Shown here piece by piece: positions 45,845-55,684 of a DNA stretch of 64,000 nt. The notes under the pieces were generated by a model. The model made no database searches and was not told the DNA's origin. It saw nothing but the letters and a program-made list of their open reading frames with translations. Position 1 is the first letter of the stretch; every line of letters starts with the position of its first letter. The DNA comes from Candidatus Aegiribacteria sp. (GTDB lineage: Bacteria; Fermentibacterota; Fermentibacteria; Fermentibacterales; JCC-6): contig JAGLOY010000085.1 in assembly GCA_023138735.1 (NCBI GenBank), forward strand, positions 6,657 to 70,656, written 5' to 3'. The position numbers and the translations under genes were made by a program.

Positions 45845-46922
45845 TTGCAGGATCCTCCCATTGGAGATCCCGATATATCCTGTGCAGTTCCTCTGCAACC
45901 GAGAGCCAGTGGTGCTTTTTTCTGATCCATGGGGGGCCGGCCGCTGCATGCTTCTCCCTGAGTTCCCGGTCAAGGATGAGCTCTCTCAGGTCACGCTTCA
46001 GAGTATCCGGTGCTGTAAGAAAGAATGGATGATCGGGAATGAATTCCTGATATGCCCGGCTTAGATTAGTAACTGTGGCAATACCCATAGATAGACTCTC
46101 AAGAGAATTAACTCCATAGCCCATATCCCCGCTCGCGACCTGATCGATCGCGATATGACATGAGGCTTTCATTCTAAGAGCCTGGGCATTCGTCATGTTC
46201 TCGATCAGAACAAGTTCAACAGGGATATCTTTTGAAAGATCCTCAACGGCGCTTATTATCTCTTCTGTACCTTTTACCGATCTGATCCTGGGCGCATGGC
46301 ATATACGTACATTACCGGGCTGCGGGGAAGCCGGGGGCATGGCATTCTGATCAAACGGAAGAAATAGATAATCTACTTCGGGATATCTCTGGTAAAGATC
46401 AAACTCACAGGTAAGGTTCAGATCCGTCGCTTCCCATACGGGTTTGATAGCTCCTCTCATCCTGAGGCCCAGACCGTGATAGTAGGAGACTATCTTCTTA
46501 CCTGCCTTCTTCAGGGCTATTACATCCCTCCCGTCTCTGTAGAAGCTCATCCCGCCTTCAAGATGGTATATATCAAAATCCCATAATCCATATTCCCCGG
46601 CGGCCCTGTTGATAATCGGTTTCCATACCATATCCCTGAATCTCAGCATGAGTCTTTCAGGCGGGCTCGGGTTCCAGAATATCCGCTCTGTGGTTCCGGT
46701 GTAAGGAACCTGCAGGCTTCCCGCCTTAACCAGTTCTTTGAGCTTCAGCAGCCAGCTCATAGGGCCGACAAAGGGGAGATTCAGGCATATATCCTCCTCG
46801 TACAGATTGGCAGCCCTGTAGAAAGTGACAAGCCTGCTGTAGTGGCCCAGCGCTACATGTCCACGGACGAAAAGATCAATGGTTCCCGTATAGTTCTGCG
46901 GCGAAAGATGCAGAATTTTCAT
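45837..46922 (-). CDS. putative glycosyltransferase (GT-B, GT1/GT4-like)
   Basis: Size and locus context. C-terminal GYGVNSLESLSMGIATV resembles the GT4 nucleotide-sugar-binding region. Confidence 0.5.
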   Translation of the reverse strand: MKILHLSPQNYTGTIDLFVRGHVALGHYSRLVTFYRAANLYEEDICLNLPFVGPMSWLLKLKELVKAGSLQVPYTGTTERIFWNPSPPERLMLRFRDMVWKPIINRAAGEYGLWDFDIYHLEGGMSFYRDGRDVIALKKAGKKIVSYYHGLGLRMRGAIKPVWEATDLNLTCEFDLYQRYPEVDYLFLPFDQNAMPPASPQPGNVRICHAPRIRSVKGTEEIISAVEDLSKDIPVELVLIENMTNAQALRMKASCHIAIDQVASGDMGYGVNSLESLSMGIATVTNLSRAYQEFIPDHPFFLTAPDTLKRDLRELILDRELREKHAAAGPPWIRKKHHWLSVAEELHRIYRDLQWEDPANG

Positions 46923-48211
46923 GATTCACTCTTCCCGATGCATCGGCTTCTATTCAGCACAAGCATTCCACCCGCGGCCAGTGCCAATGCGGCTATCGCC
47001 TGGGCGAGAATTCCTATCCAGATTGATATTCCCGCAGAAGCTGCAGCTGTAGCACCGAATAGATCAGGTACCCCGGCGGCGAAATTTCTGAATGCTGAAA
47101 CAAGCGGAGAGGAGGACCAGGTCCAGAGTACTGCCTGGCGGGAAGGCTCATCGAAAAGATCAGCACCGCTGGTCTGCTCCAGCAGGCTGGGATTGCTCCA
47201 GAGGGCGGGGATGCAGACGATGATGCCTAGTATGGCGATCACCCGGAAAAGTTTTCCCCCGGCACCCCGTGCGGACAGCGCAAGAAGTAGAAACGGCAGC
47301 GTAGTGAAAAGAAAGCGAGGTCCCCAGCCTGTACCGCCGGACCAGTCATGAAGCATCCCGTGAAATACGAGAGATAGAACAAATGGAGTCCAGAGTCTCC
47401 ATTCCTTCTGAACAAAAAGCGCGAAGATACAAAGTGGAGCGTAGAATAGAAGCCCCTTTCCCGGACTCAGAAGAAGTCCCGGTATACCTCCTTTGAACGG
47501 TTCAAAAGCAATTGCGGGGTCCTGGCCATGACCGTCAATGAATGGATTTCCAAACCGGTACCAGTTCAGGAAGAGTATAAGGAGGATGAATGGAACAAGC
47601 CCACCGATAAGCTTTTTCATGCTCGTCCAGTCGCTCCAGAACAGAGGAAGCAGAAGCAGACTGTCAGCTCTTACAAGGATGGCAAACCCAAGACAGAAGC
47701 CGGCTGCAAGCATGCGATCATGGAGGGAAAAGTAGAAACCTGCCATGGCAGCTGCGGCTGCGGCAGTGACATCGAAAGTCATTCTTCCGTAAACAAGAAG
47801 CATTCCGCATATGGCAATTGCTATGAATCGCAGAACGGGTACATCGGAATACTTCCTAACGGCAGAAGCGTACCAGAACCCGATCAGCGCCAGACTGAAA
47901 CCAGCGTTCAGCAGAGCCATTACAAACTTACCGCCATTCAATCCCAGAAATTGTCCTGCAACTGCTGCGGGTATAAGGAGGATTGAGAATCCTGCGCCGT
48001 GGGGAACGAAAAGACCTGATCTGGAACCATGTATTACCCAGCCGAAATCTCCCGAAACCGTCATAAACGATCTCTGCCCTACAAATGATCCGGCAACCTC
48101 ATACTGGGCAAGCACATCCGTTGTGTACATTCTTCCGCCGAAAACAAGGACAAGCAATGCTGCCCACAGAAGAATCACCGCACAAAGACGGGATTTATGA
48201 AGGGGTTCCAC
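46919..48211 (-). CDS. polytopic membrane protein, candidate Wzy-type polymerase or GT-C-like transferase
   Basis: GTG start overlapping the upstream stop. About 11-12 hydrophobic helices. The locus has wzx/wzz/wza but no other polymerase candidate. Confidence 0.45.
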   Translation of the reverse strand: MEPLHKSRLCAVILLWAALLVLVFGGRMYTTDVLAQYEVAGSFVGQRSFMTVSGDFGWVIHGSRSGLFVPHGAGFSILLIPAAVAGQFLGLNGGKFVMALLNAGFSLALIGFWYASAVRKYSDVPVLRFIAIAICGMLLVYGRMTFDVTAAAAAAMAGFYFSLHDRMLAAGFCLGFAILVRADSLLLLPLFWSDWTSMKKLIGGLVPFILLILFLNWYRFGNPFIDGHGQDPAIAFEPFKGGIPGLLLSPGKGLLFYAPLCIFALFVQKEWRLWTPFVLSLVFHGMLHDWSGGTGWGPRFLFTTLPFLLLALSARGAGGKLFRVIAILGIIVCIPALWSNPSLLEQTSGADLFDEPSRQAVLWTWSSSPLVSAFRNFAAGVPDLFGATAAASAGISIWIGILAQAIAALALAAGGMLVLNRSRCIGKSES

Positions 48212-49179
48212 TAAACGGTTCCGTACATGGTGTTTCTGAAAATGCCTCTCGCTGAAAAAGATTCTTTGAACCTGCAGAGGCCATGGTTAATATTCATATC
48301 AAGGGTAAACGTGCCAAGATCCAGATAATGATACCCCATCTGCTTGGCCCATCTTATGACTTCCATGTAAACCAGGTTGACCGGCCTGAGTGCCTGGTGC
48401 TCCTGGTCATGGGAAATATAGAAAGCAAGTGTGACCCTTGGATTACAATGGAACATAACCATTCCCGCAAGAACCTCTCCATCAAGTGTGGCAATGAACT
48501 GTTTGATCTGGTCTCTGCCCAACAGATTCCGGAGCCTCTCAAGTTCCTCAAGCGTGTGGGTAGGTCTGACATTATGACGTTGCTGGAGGTTGGACTCCAG
48601 TACATGATAAAAGAGTGAAAAATCCGGGTTTTCTTCGACTGTTACACCACTTTTAATTGCTTTTCTTACGCCTCGCAGGGCGGATGAACGAAAACCAAGC
48701 CTGAGTTCCTCTCCAAGTCTGCTCAGATCAATTACCGCAGTCAGTTCCCTCTTTCTGTAATTGAATCCACGCTTGAGAAGGGAGAATTCCAGGTAGTTAT
48801 GAGGTCTGCGGTAGTAGACAATTGGAGGGGGAGTTAATTCAATACCCCTGAATCCCTGAGATCTGCAGTAAGATATGAGTTCATCAATTACTCTTTCGAT
48901 TCTGCTCAGGCCGAGTGAATCGCTCCATACCGGACCACCGTAGGAGGCTCCCGGATAGGATCTGAACCATGTCCCATCCTCCCTTTCAGTCAGGGCGCCC
49001 GGGATAATGGATTGGATGTCATTTTTACCTTCAACTATTAGGTGATGGTTCCTGAATCTGCCTTCCGGGTGATAATCCAGAAAATCAGGAGAATGGAAAA
49101 TGGTACCGTTATTTGAGCGGTGGACGAAATCCGTCCAATCATTTCTGTCACCCGGCTCGATCAGTCTTATTGAAATCAT
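48211..49179 (-). CDS. FemAB-like / BioF2-like GNAT acyl- or aminoacyl-transferase
   Basis: N-terminal W.DF......GTIFHSPDFLDY and a two-lobed GNAT-like layout. Start set at ATG 49179 (ATGA overlap) rather than 49200. Confidence 0.55.
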   Translation of the reverse strand: MISIRLIEPGDRNDWTDFVHRSNNGTIFHSPDFLDYHPEGRFRNHHLIVEGKNDIQSIIPGALTEREDGTWFRSYPGASYGGPVWSDSLGLSRIERVIDELISYCRSQGFRGIELTPPPIVYYRRPHNYLEFSLLKRGFNYRKRELTAVIDLSRLGEELRLGFRSSALRGVRKAIKSGVTVEENPDFSLFYHVLESNLQQRHNVRPTHTLEELERLRNLLGRDQIKQFIATLDGEVLAGMVMFHCNPRVTLAFYISHDQEHQALRPVNLVYMEVIRWAKQMGYHYLDLGTFTLDMNINHGLCRFKESFSARGIFRNTMYGTV

Positions 49180-51419
49180 CTTACCACCGCAATTTTGCAT
49201 CTGAACACATCACCATCCCGCTCAACAAGCACGAAATAAACACCACTGGCCAGAACAGCCCCGTTCATTGTTCCGTCCCAGATCCAATCCTCCCAGCTAT
49301 CCGCAGGAACACAGCCCAGGTACTCCCCCGTCAGGGAAAAGAATTTAACCTCAATCTGGTCGAAGGACCCGGACCATGCTATGTGCAGCTCTTCCTCAAG
49401 AGGGAGGAAAGGCTGCGGGTAGAAAAGCAGATCCGGACTTTCATCATGGCTCTGTTGGGAAATAATCGACCACAGACCTACGATTGATGAAAAATTAACC
49501 GTTCCATCCTCAGGGTTCAGTGAGCTGAATTCATTCTCCATTCTGTTTGTTGAAATATATATTGAATTCGAGCGTGTAAATTTGGTCACATCCCCTCCGT
49601 CAATACTGTAAACCGCAGCTTCGGTCATGCACCAGATCACTTCATTGTTGTCCACCTGCATGGCCTTAACCGACCCGGATACTCCTGCTACATCTACAAA
49701 CAGACTACCAGTCCAACGGCTTATACCATTCCCGGTTCCAACCAGAATGTCTCCATCAGCTTCCCTGGCAAAGCAGAACACTTTGTTCGAGGCAAGTCCC
49801 GAAGAGGTAGTATATGCCTGTCCGTATCCAGGGTACCATGTATCCGAGGATTTATCTATGGGATCCCCTCCGTGGACAAGAAGCTGACAGCCGTTTTCCG
49901 ATGCAAACGCTATCCAGAGACTGTCGTCTCCGCACGGAAACATCATCTGTATGTTCTTGTTCGCAAGGCCGTCAGTCTCACTCCTGGTAGTCCACTGAAG
50001 ATTGCCGTCCTCAGGTTCACCGGATACCGCAACGATACCACTGGGCTCATCGGGTGTCTGCCAGTACGCCTCCTGTGCTACCAGCAGGGCTCCACTTTGA
50101 GATGCCAGCATAACCACCTGGTTATTAAGGAGGGGCGCCACAATCTGGACTACATCAGGCGGAAGACCTGAGAGGGAATCTGAGACGTAGGTTATTATCG
50201 TATCGTCATCCATGGAATACGTCTCCCTGTCATCTATCCATGTGAGGCCGAAGTGGTAGGTTCCTGTCCAGATCCCGGAACACCCGGATTTTGCTGCCGA
50301 GTAGGTTCTGAGAGCACGCGGCATATCAGCTGTCAGGTTGTTGAATGCTGCCCAGCCGCTGTCCGGGTAGAATGCCATTAGACCGACCCGATGACTGCCC
50401 AGGTATACTCTGTCTTCATCCCTTGCCATCTGATAACAGCTGGGGCCACCCATTCCAGGTACGCGAAGGCTTTCCCAGATCCCATTTTCAAGATATCCTA
50501 GTCCGTTCCCCGTGTCACAGCAGTTCGCAGCAAGCAAACCGTAACCGCACCATATTTTTCCGAAAACCTCGCTGAGACACGATGCATATCTCCCGTCCGG
50601 ATACCCGGATCCGTAATGTTCCCAGATCCCGCCATTGTACAGCAGAACCTTCCTGCATGCAGCTATGAGACCATCTTCCGTTACAAGTAATCCGGTTACC
50701 ACCGAATCGGAACTGGCGGAATAATCCAGCAGACGTATCCAGCTGTCGCCGATCATCTGGGAGACTCCACCGGAACCATATCCGAAAACGGAATCGGCGG
50801 ATGCAATGTAAATGTCATCTATTCCGAGGATCAGTGTTGAATCTTCATAGCTTGTCCAGGACCCGGGGTTGAAAATGCTTCCGCCCAGATCAAGGGAGTA
50901 CACTCCCCTGTCGGTTGCGAGGTACATCGTGTTACCGATACCGGTTATATCCGTCACCTTAGTGGCGGTGAAGGCACCACCTGTGAGGTCGGCATCAATG
51001 GGAAGGAAAGTGTCGGTATTCCCGCGCGAAAGCCCACCGTCGGAACCAACCCAGATATATCCTCCGGCATCGTAAACAGAATAGACATGCCCGGAACCCG
51101 GAATGCCCTCATAGGAGGAGAATACTTTCCAGGTACTATCCTCCTGCAAAAGGGCCAAACCGCCTCCCCCGGTAGCGACCCACATAAGGGAATTATCAAA
51201 AAGGAGATCTATGGCGCCTATCCATGGCATTTCAGGGTACGAATAGCTGTCCAGCCAGCCATTCAGCGGATCGTAATGTATTATCCCGCCGGCTGTCGCG
51301 CACCAAATGGAACCGTCCTCCCCGTCTACAATTGAGAATATGTAGGACTGGGAAGTTTCAAAACTCCAGTTGAAGGAAATGCTACCTAGGATTGCCAGGG
51401 TTAAGCATGATGCCAGCAT
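49176..51419 (-). CDS. secreted Reg_prop beta-propeller repeat protein with FlgD-Ig/T9SS-type C-terminal domain (paralogue of 39439-41613)
   Basis: Blades IWCATAGGII, LMWVATGGGGLAL, YIWVGSDGGLS, ILVGTGNGIS. C-terminus FYPQPF...GVYFVLVERDGDVFRCKIAVVR. Confidence 0.75.
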   Translation of the reverse strand: MLASCLTLAILGSISFNWSFETSQSYIFSIVDGEDGSIWCATAGGIIHYDPLNGWLDSYSYPEMPWIGAIDLLFDNSLMWVATGGGGLALLQEDSTWKVFSSYEGIPGSGHVYSVYDAGGYIWVGSDGGLSRGNTDTFLPIDADLTGGAFTATKVTDITGIGNTMYLATDRGVYSLDLGGSIFNPGSWTSYEDSTLILGIDDIYIASADSVFGYGSGGVSQMIGDSWIRLLDYSASSDSVVTGLLVTEDGLIAACRKVLLYNGGIWEHYGSGYPDGRYASCLSEVFGKIWCGYGLLAANCCDTGNGLGYLENGIWESLRVPGMGGPSCYQMARDEDRVYLGSHRVGLMAFYPDSGWAAFNNLTADMPRALRTYSAAKSGCSGIWTGTYHFGLTWIDDRETYSMDDDTIITYVSDSLSGLPPDVVQIVAPLLNNQVVMLASQSGALLVAQEAYWQTPDEPSGIVAVSGEPEDGNLQWTTRSETDGLANKNIQMMFPCGDDSLWIAFASENGCQLLVHGGDPIDKSSDTWYPGYGQAYTTSSGLASNKVFCFAREADGDILVGTGNGISRWTGSLFVDVAGVSGSVKAMQVDNNEVIWCMTEAAVYSIDGGDVTKFTRSNSIYISTNRMENEFSSLNPEDGTVNFSSIVGLWSIISQQSHDESPDLLFYPQPFLPLEEELHIAWSGSFDQIEVKFFSLTGEYLGCVPADSWEDWIWDGTMNGAVLASGVYFVLVERDGDVFRCKIAVVR

Positions 51420-51434
51420 ATCAGTAAAAACCTC

Positions 51435-52184
51435 TCAAAACAGCCATGGAAAACGAAGATGCCATACCATCCAGACAGCTTCCCATACGATGCTTTTAGT
51501 CATTTTAGAGGTACCTGCATGTCTGTCAACAAAGATTATTGGAACCTCTTTTATAGAACAGCCTGAATTGAAGAGCTTGAACGTAACCTCAATCTGAAAC
51601 GAGTAACCGTCAGATATTATTTCGGTAAGGTCAAGTTTCTCGAGAGCTTCCCTTCTGAATGCCTTGAATCCTCCGGTGGCGTCCTCCACGGGCAGCCCGG
51701 TTATCAATTTTGTGTACCTGTTCGCGAACCAGGAGAGAAGAAGCCTTGAGAGAGGCCAGTTCACCACGTTTACACCGCTGCAGTATCGGGAACCTATTGC
51801 AAGATCGTGCTCTCCAAGAGCATCAATCAGTTCTACAACCTTTTCAGGTTTGTGTGAAAAGTCAGCATCCATCTGAACAACAGGATCGAATTCCTCTCTC
51901 TCCAGTGCCCACTGGAAACCGGCAATGTATGCCTGTCCCAGGCCTGCCTTAACCGGCCGGCTTAGAAGGTGTACTCTGCCGGTTGACTCGAATTCCAGTA
52001 CGGCATCACCTGTTCCATCCGGACTATTATCATCTACCACAAGCACATCAGGCTTAACAGGCAGGTCAAGTAGAATCGGTATTAAGTTTCTGATATTCTC
52101 AAGTTCGTTGTATGTGGGAACAACAATCAAAGGTGTTTTCAAGAGACCTCCACTTTCTATATTTGGTTTAATATAATTATTCAA
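51435..52184 (-). CDS. polyprenol-phosphate mannosyl/glucosyl transferase (Dpm1-like GT2)
   Basis: LIVVPTYNELENI, VLVVDDNSPDGTGD, QMDADFSH. Confidence 0.85.
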   Translation of the reverse strand: MNNYIKPNIESGGLLKTPLIVVPTYNELENIRNLIPILLDLPVKPDVLVVDDNSPDGTGDAVLEFESTGRVHLLSRPVKAGLGQAYIAGFQWALEREEFDPVVQMDADFSHKPEKVVELIDALGEHDLAIGSRYCSGVNVVNWPLSRLLLSWFANRYTKLITGLPVEDATGGFKAFRREALEKLDLTEIISDGYSFQIEVTFKLFNSGCSIKEVPIIFVDRHAGTSKMTKSIVWEAVWMVWHLRFPWLF

Positions 52185-52219
52185 TACGGAACAGGTACAG
52201 TATATTTAATTCAATCCGG

Positions 52220-53269
52220 ATGGAGATCATGTTATACAGAGCAAAATTCCTATTTATTCTAATGGCGTTAGTTTGTACACTTCCTCTGTATGCATGGAGG
52301 GTATTTCCGTTACTCAGCTACAGTTCAACATCCGGTGTTCTCATCGGAGGTGTAGTCAGCAATAACATGATACCTCCTTTCAAGCCCTTTGGTTTCAGCG
52401 CGATGGCATACGCCTATACTGATGGAAGCATCTTCGCCGAGCCAAAGCTTCTGTTTCCAGCAGGTAATGGATTAGTCATAGTAAACGCCAGGTACAATGT
52501 GAGCAGGGACAGAAAATTCTTCGGCTGGGGCAACGAGGGCGATAACGACCTCTACGAAAACTACAATACTGAAATACAGGGTCTCTCCGGTTCTTACAAT
52601 TTCACTCCCATGTCGGGTCTTGTCATTACAGGAGGCATGCTCTGCAGACATTCCACTGTATACAACAGAACGGATGATCAACTCTGGAGTCAGTCACCGA
52701 CAGACGAATACGGTTCAATCTGGACTGCGGGTCCGTTTATCGAAAGTACATGGTCTTTGCCACTTCTTTTAAACGGTTATGTATCTGCCGGATACAATTT
52801 GCAGGCGGGAAACAATGTCACATATTCAAGTGCCGAAACCGCGCTGGCGGTATTCACGCCGATAGGCAGCTCTACAACGCCGGCCATCAGGATGAAGGTT
52901 GAAAGACACATAGGAACGGCTTCGACACCGTTTCCTTTTCTACCCTCCCTTGGAGGAAGTTCGGGGCTCAGGGGATACAGTGACGCAAGATTCGGAGGCA
53001 ACTGGGCACTCCTTGGTAACCTGGAGCTGAGGCAGAGGATATTCTCTTTCTCGATTGATGAGAGCAACACTATGGATTTTTCACTGGTCCTGTTCGGGGA
53101 CGCTGGCCAGGTGGCGGATCACCTGGATGAATGCAGGTGGAACCGATTCCACCTTGATGCAGGTGCGGGAATGAGAATATCTCTTCCAGGCGGGGGATCT
53201 CTGAGGGCAGACTTCGCCCTGTCCCCCGAGGGGCTGGGTATACAGATGGGACTCGGAGAATTGTTCTGA
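52220..53269 (+). CDS. Omp85-superfamily (surface antigen D15-type) outer-membrane beta-barrel, no POTRA domains
   Basis: Signal sequence, GLRGYSDARFGG (loop-6 RGY/F-type motif), and a terminal ...GLGELF aromatic C-terminus. Confidence 0.7.
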   Translation: MEIMLYRAKFLFILMALVCTLPLYAWRVFPLLSYSSTSGVLIGGVVSNNMIPPFKPFGFSAMAYAYTDGSIFAEPKLLFPAGNGLVIVNARYNVSRDRKFFGWGNEGDNDLYENYNTEIQGLSGSYNFTPMSGLVITGGMLCRHSTVYNRTDDQLWSQSPTDEYGSIWTAGPFIESTWSLPLLLNGYVSAGYNLQAGNNVTYSSAETALAVFTPIGSSTTPAIRMKVERHIGTASTPFPFLPSLGGSSGLRGYSDARFGGNWALLGNLELRQRIFSFSIDESNTMDFSLVLFGDAGQVADHLDECRWNRFHLDAGAGMRISLPGGGSLRADFALSPEGLGIQMGLGELF

Positions 53270-53454
53270 CAAATATCAGGAGCCTGTCCGACAATGAAAC
53301 ATTGGCATAAAACCCACACGGCTGGCTATAATACTCGCATATTATCGTCAAATACATCTAGTATTTTCCTCAAACCTACGAGCATTCTATCTCAACCGTG
53401 AGAATATTCTGCTCAATGCACATTGCCGAACACACTCCTAGAAAGGTACTGCTG

Positions 53455-54672
53455 ATGAATCATGCATTTCTGAAAAAACTGCCCAAGACAGACCTACACC
53501 TGCATTTAGATGGTTCTATAAGATTATCAACTCTTATCGAACTGGCAAGGGAAACCGGGGTTGAGCTTCCCTCATACACTGAAGAGGGTTTGAGGGAAAC
53601 TGTTTTTAAGGATAATTACAGGGATTTGAACGAATACCTCACCGGTTTCGCCTATACCAATGCAGTCATGAAAACCAGGGAACAGCTTGAACGGATCAGC
53701 TACGAGGTCGCGATTGATAATCAGCAAGAGGGCGTAAGATATATAGAGGTCAGATTCGCCCCCCAGCTTCATGCATCCGATGACATGGATATTATTGACT
53801 GCATCCGGGCGGTCAATGATGGTCTTATCCGTGCAAAGGATGAATTCAACAAACGCAAGGAAGTTATCGAAGGCATTGAACCTCCCTTTCACTACGCAAT
53901 TATCTCCTGCGCAATGAGATTCTTCACACCAGCATTCTCCGACTGGTATAGAAGGTTTTTTGAGATGCATAGTTTCTCTGACAGAGAGATAGTGTTCGCC
54001 CTTGCATCTCTGGAGCTTGAAGAAGCGGTTGCCATTGCGAGGTGGGAAGAGGATCTTCCTGCGGTTGGAATAGACCTTGCCGGCGCGGAAGCGGGCTGGC
54101 CGGCACTTAATCATCTCGAAACGTTCACGAAAGCCAAAGGACATTTCCTCAGAAAGACAGTCCATGCAGGTGAGGCCTACGGACCCGAAAGTATCTATCA
54201 GGCGATAACCGATCTTTACGCCGAAAGGATAGGTCACGGACTCACCCTTCTCAATCCTGCTTCAGTCAAATCCAGGTTCATCAGTGACCCAGTGAAATAT
54301 GTAAATGCCCTGGCCAGCTATATAGCGGACAGGAGAATAACTGTTGAAGTCTGCCTTACTTCAAATCAGCAGACAAATCCTGCCTTCAGGGATCTTGCAA
54401 ACCATCCGTTTGGAAAAATGATGGATAAGAAACTGTCAGTAACCATCTGCACGGATAACAGAACCATATCCAATACAACCGTTACAAAGGAACTCCATAA
54501 GGCTGTAAACACTTTTGACCTCACAAGGTATGACATCAGGAATATTCTGGTTTATGGTTTCAAGAGGAGCTTCTTCCCGGGAAGATACGATGAAAAGAGG
54601 AAATACGTTCGCCAATGCATGGAGTATTTCGAGAAGATCGAGAAGGAGTACTTCGCGGAAAGGAACGTTTAA
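53455..54672 (+). CDS. add: adenosine deaminase
   Basis: LPKTDLHLHLDGSIR, VHAGE, RIGHG, TDN. Start set at ATG 53455 (GAAAGG RBS 8 nt upstream) rather than GTG 53398. Confidence 0.88.
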   Translation: MNHAFLKKLPKTDLHLHLDGSIRLSTLIELARETGVELPSYTEEGLRETVFKDNYRDLNEYLTGFAYTNAVMKTREQLERISYEVAIDNQQEGVRYIEVRFAPQLHASDDMDIIDCIRAVNDGLIRAKDEFNKRKEVIEGIEPPFHYAIISCAMRFFTPAFSDWYRRFFEMHSFSDREIVFALASLELEEAVAIARWEEDLPAVGIDLAGAEAGWPALNHLETFTKAKGHFLRKTVHAGEAYGPESIYQAITDLYAERIGHGLTLLNPASVKSRFISDPVKYVNALASYIADRRITVEVCLTSNQQTNPAFRDLANHPFGKMMDKKLSVTICTDNRTISNTTVTKELHKAVNTFDLTRYDIRNILVYGFKRSFFPGRYDEKRKYVRQCMEYFEKIEKEYFAERNV

Positions 54673-55646
54673 TGAACAGCATCCCTCTGTGGAAACTTAT
54701 CGGAGAATCCATCCGTTCGAATATTCCTTGTGCTCTGCTCCTGACAGTTGAAACAAGAGGAAGCGGTCCGGGCAGGTCCGGAGCGGCCATGGCAGTTACA
54801 CTCAACAACTCAGCCCGAGGAACTGTTGGTGGTGGTGCTATGGAGTACCGGTTAGCCGGAAGAGCTCGTAAGATGCTTGAAACCGGCAACTGTTCTCCAG
54901 AACTGTTCATGCTCGATCATGTGGATGAGAATAATCACATCGCAGGGGATACAGGAGGAACCCCTTCCGGTATGATCTGTTCAGGTTCTCAAACAACTGC
55001 GGTTTTCCCCCTGAAACCAGGTGATCTGGAAACTGTAGATCTGATAATCAGCATTCTTGAAAGCAGGGGAACAGGTACCCTGTACCTTTCGGGCACCGGT
55101 TTTATCGTATCGAACTCCTCCTCACAGGAAACACATGATTTTTCAATGACCGATGAAGATAACTGGGAATATGCAGGTCCTCTCGGGCTTCGAGACACCG
55201 TTTATGTCATCGGAGGCGGACATGTGGGGCAGGCAATTGTAAACCTTCTTCGGGGGCTTTCCTGGAGCCCTGTGATTATTGACGAACGGGAGAGGGATTC
55301 CTTCGAGGATCCGCCATCCTGCAGATGGATAACCGCTCCCTACAGTGAAGCACACAGATGCATACCTGATGGCTACCATAACTGGGCAGTTATCATGACT
55401 CCTTCTCACAGAGCAGATGCTGAAGTACTGAAAAACCTTGCCCGCAAGAACCTGAAATATGTCGGCATGATGGCAAGCAGTTCAAAAAAGGCGAAAATCT
55501 TCGCGGAGCTTATGCAGGAAGGGGTTCCTGAGGATTTTCTGGGCAGCGTTCACTGCCCGGTAGGATTATCAATTGGAAGCCGTACCCCGGAGGAGATCGC
55601 TGTCAGTATCGCCGCGCAGCTCATCGAAATAAGGGGCCGGGCCTAA
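54672..55646 (+). CDS. XdhC/CoxI-family accessory protein
   Basis: TAATG overlap with add. N-terminal XdhC_CoxI-like region (ALLLTVETRGSGPGRSGAAMAV) and Rossmann-type VIGGGHVGQAI. The track start at 54615 lies inside add. Confidence 0.75.
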   Translation: MNSIPLWKLIGESIRSNIPCALLLTVETRGSGPGRSGAAMAVTLNNSARGTVGGGAMEYRLAGRARKMLETGNCSPELFMLDHVDENNHIAGDTGGTPSGMICSGSQTTAVFPLKPGDLETVDLIISILESRGTGTLYLSGTGFIVSNSSSQETHDFSMTDEDNWEYAGPLGLRDTVYVIGGGHVGQAIVNLLRGLSWSPVIIDERERDSFEDPPSCRWITAPYSEAHRCIPDGYHNWAVIMTPSHRADAEVLKNLARKNLKYVGMMASSSKKAKIFAELMQEGVPEDFLGSVHCPVGLSIGSRTPEEIAVSIAAQLIEIRGRA

Positions 55647-55684
55647 CATCTAAACATTTTGTCTGTTTATAAATAACATATTGG

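Noticed and set aside
53572-54237. Minus-strand ORF (221 aa).
   Set aside because: It is antisense to adenosine deaminase, whose catalytic motifs (HLHLDGS, VHAGE, RIGHG, TDN) are unambiguous on the plus strand.
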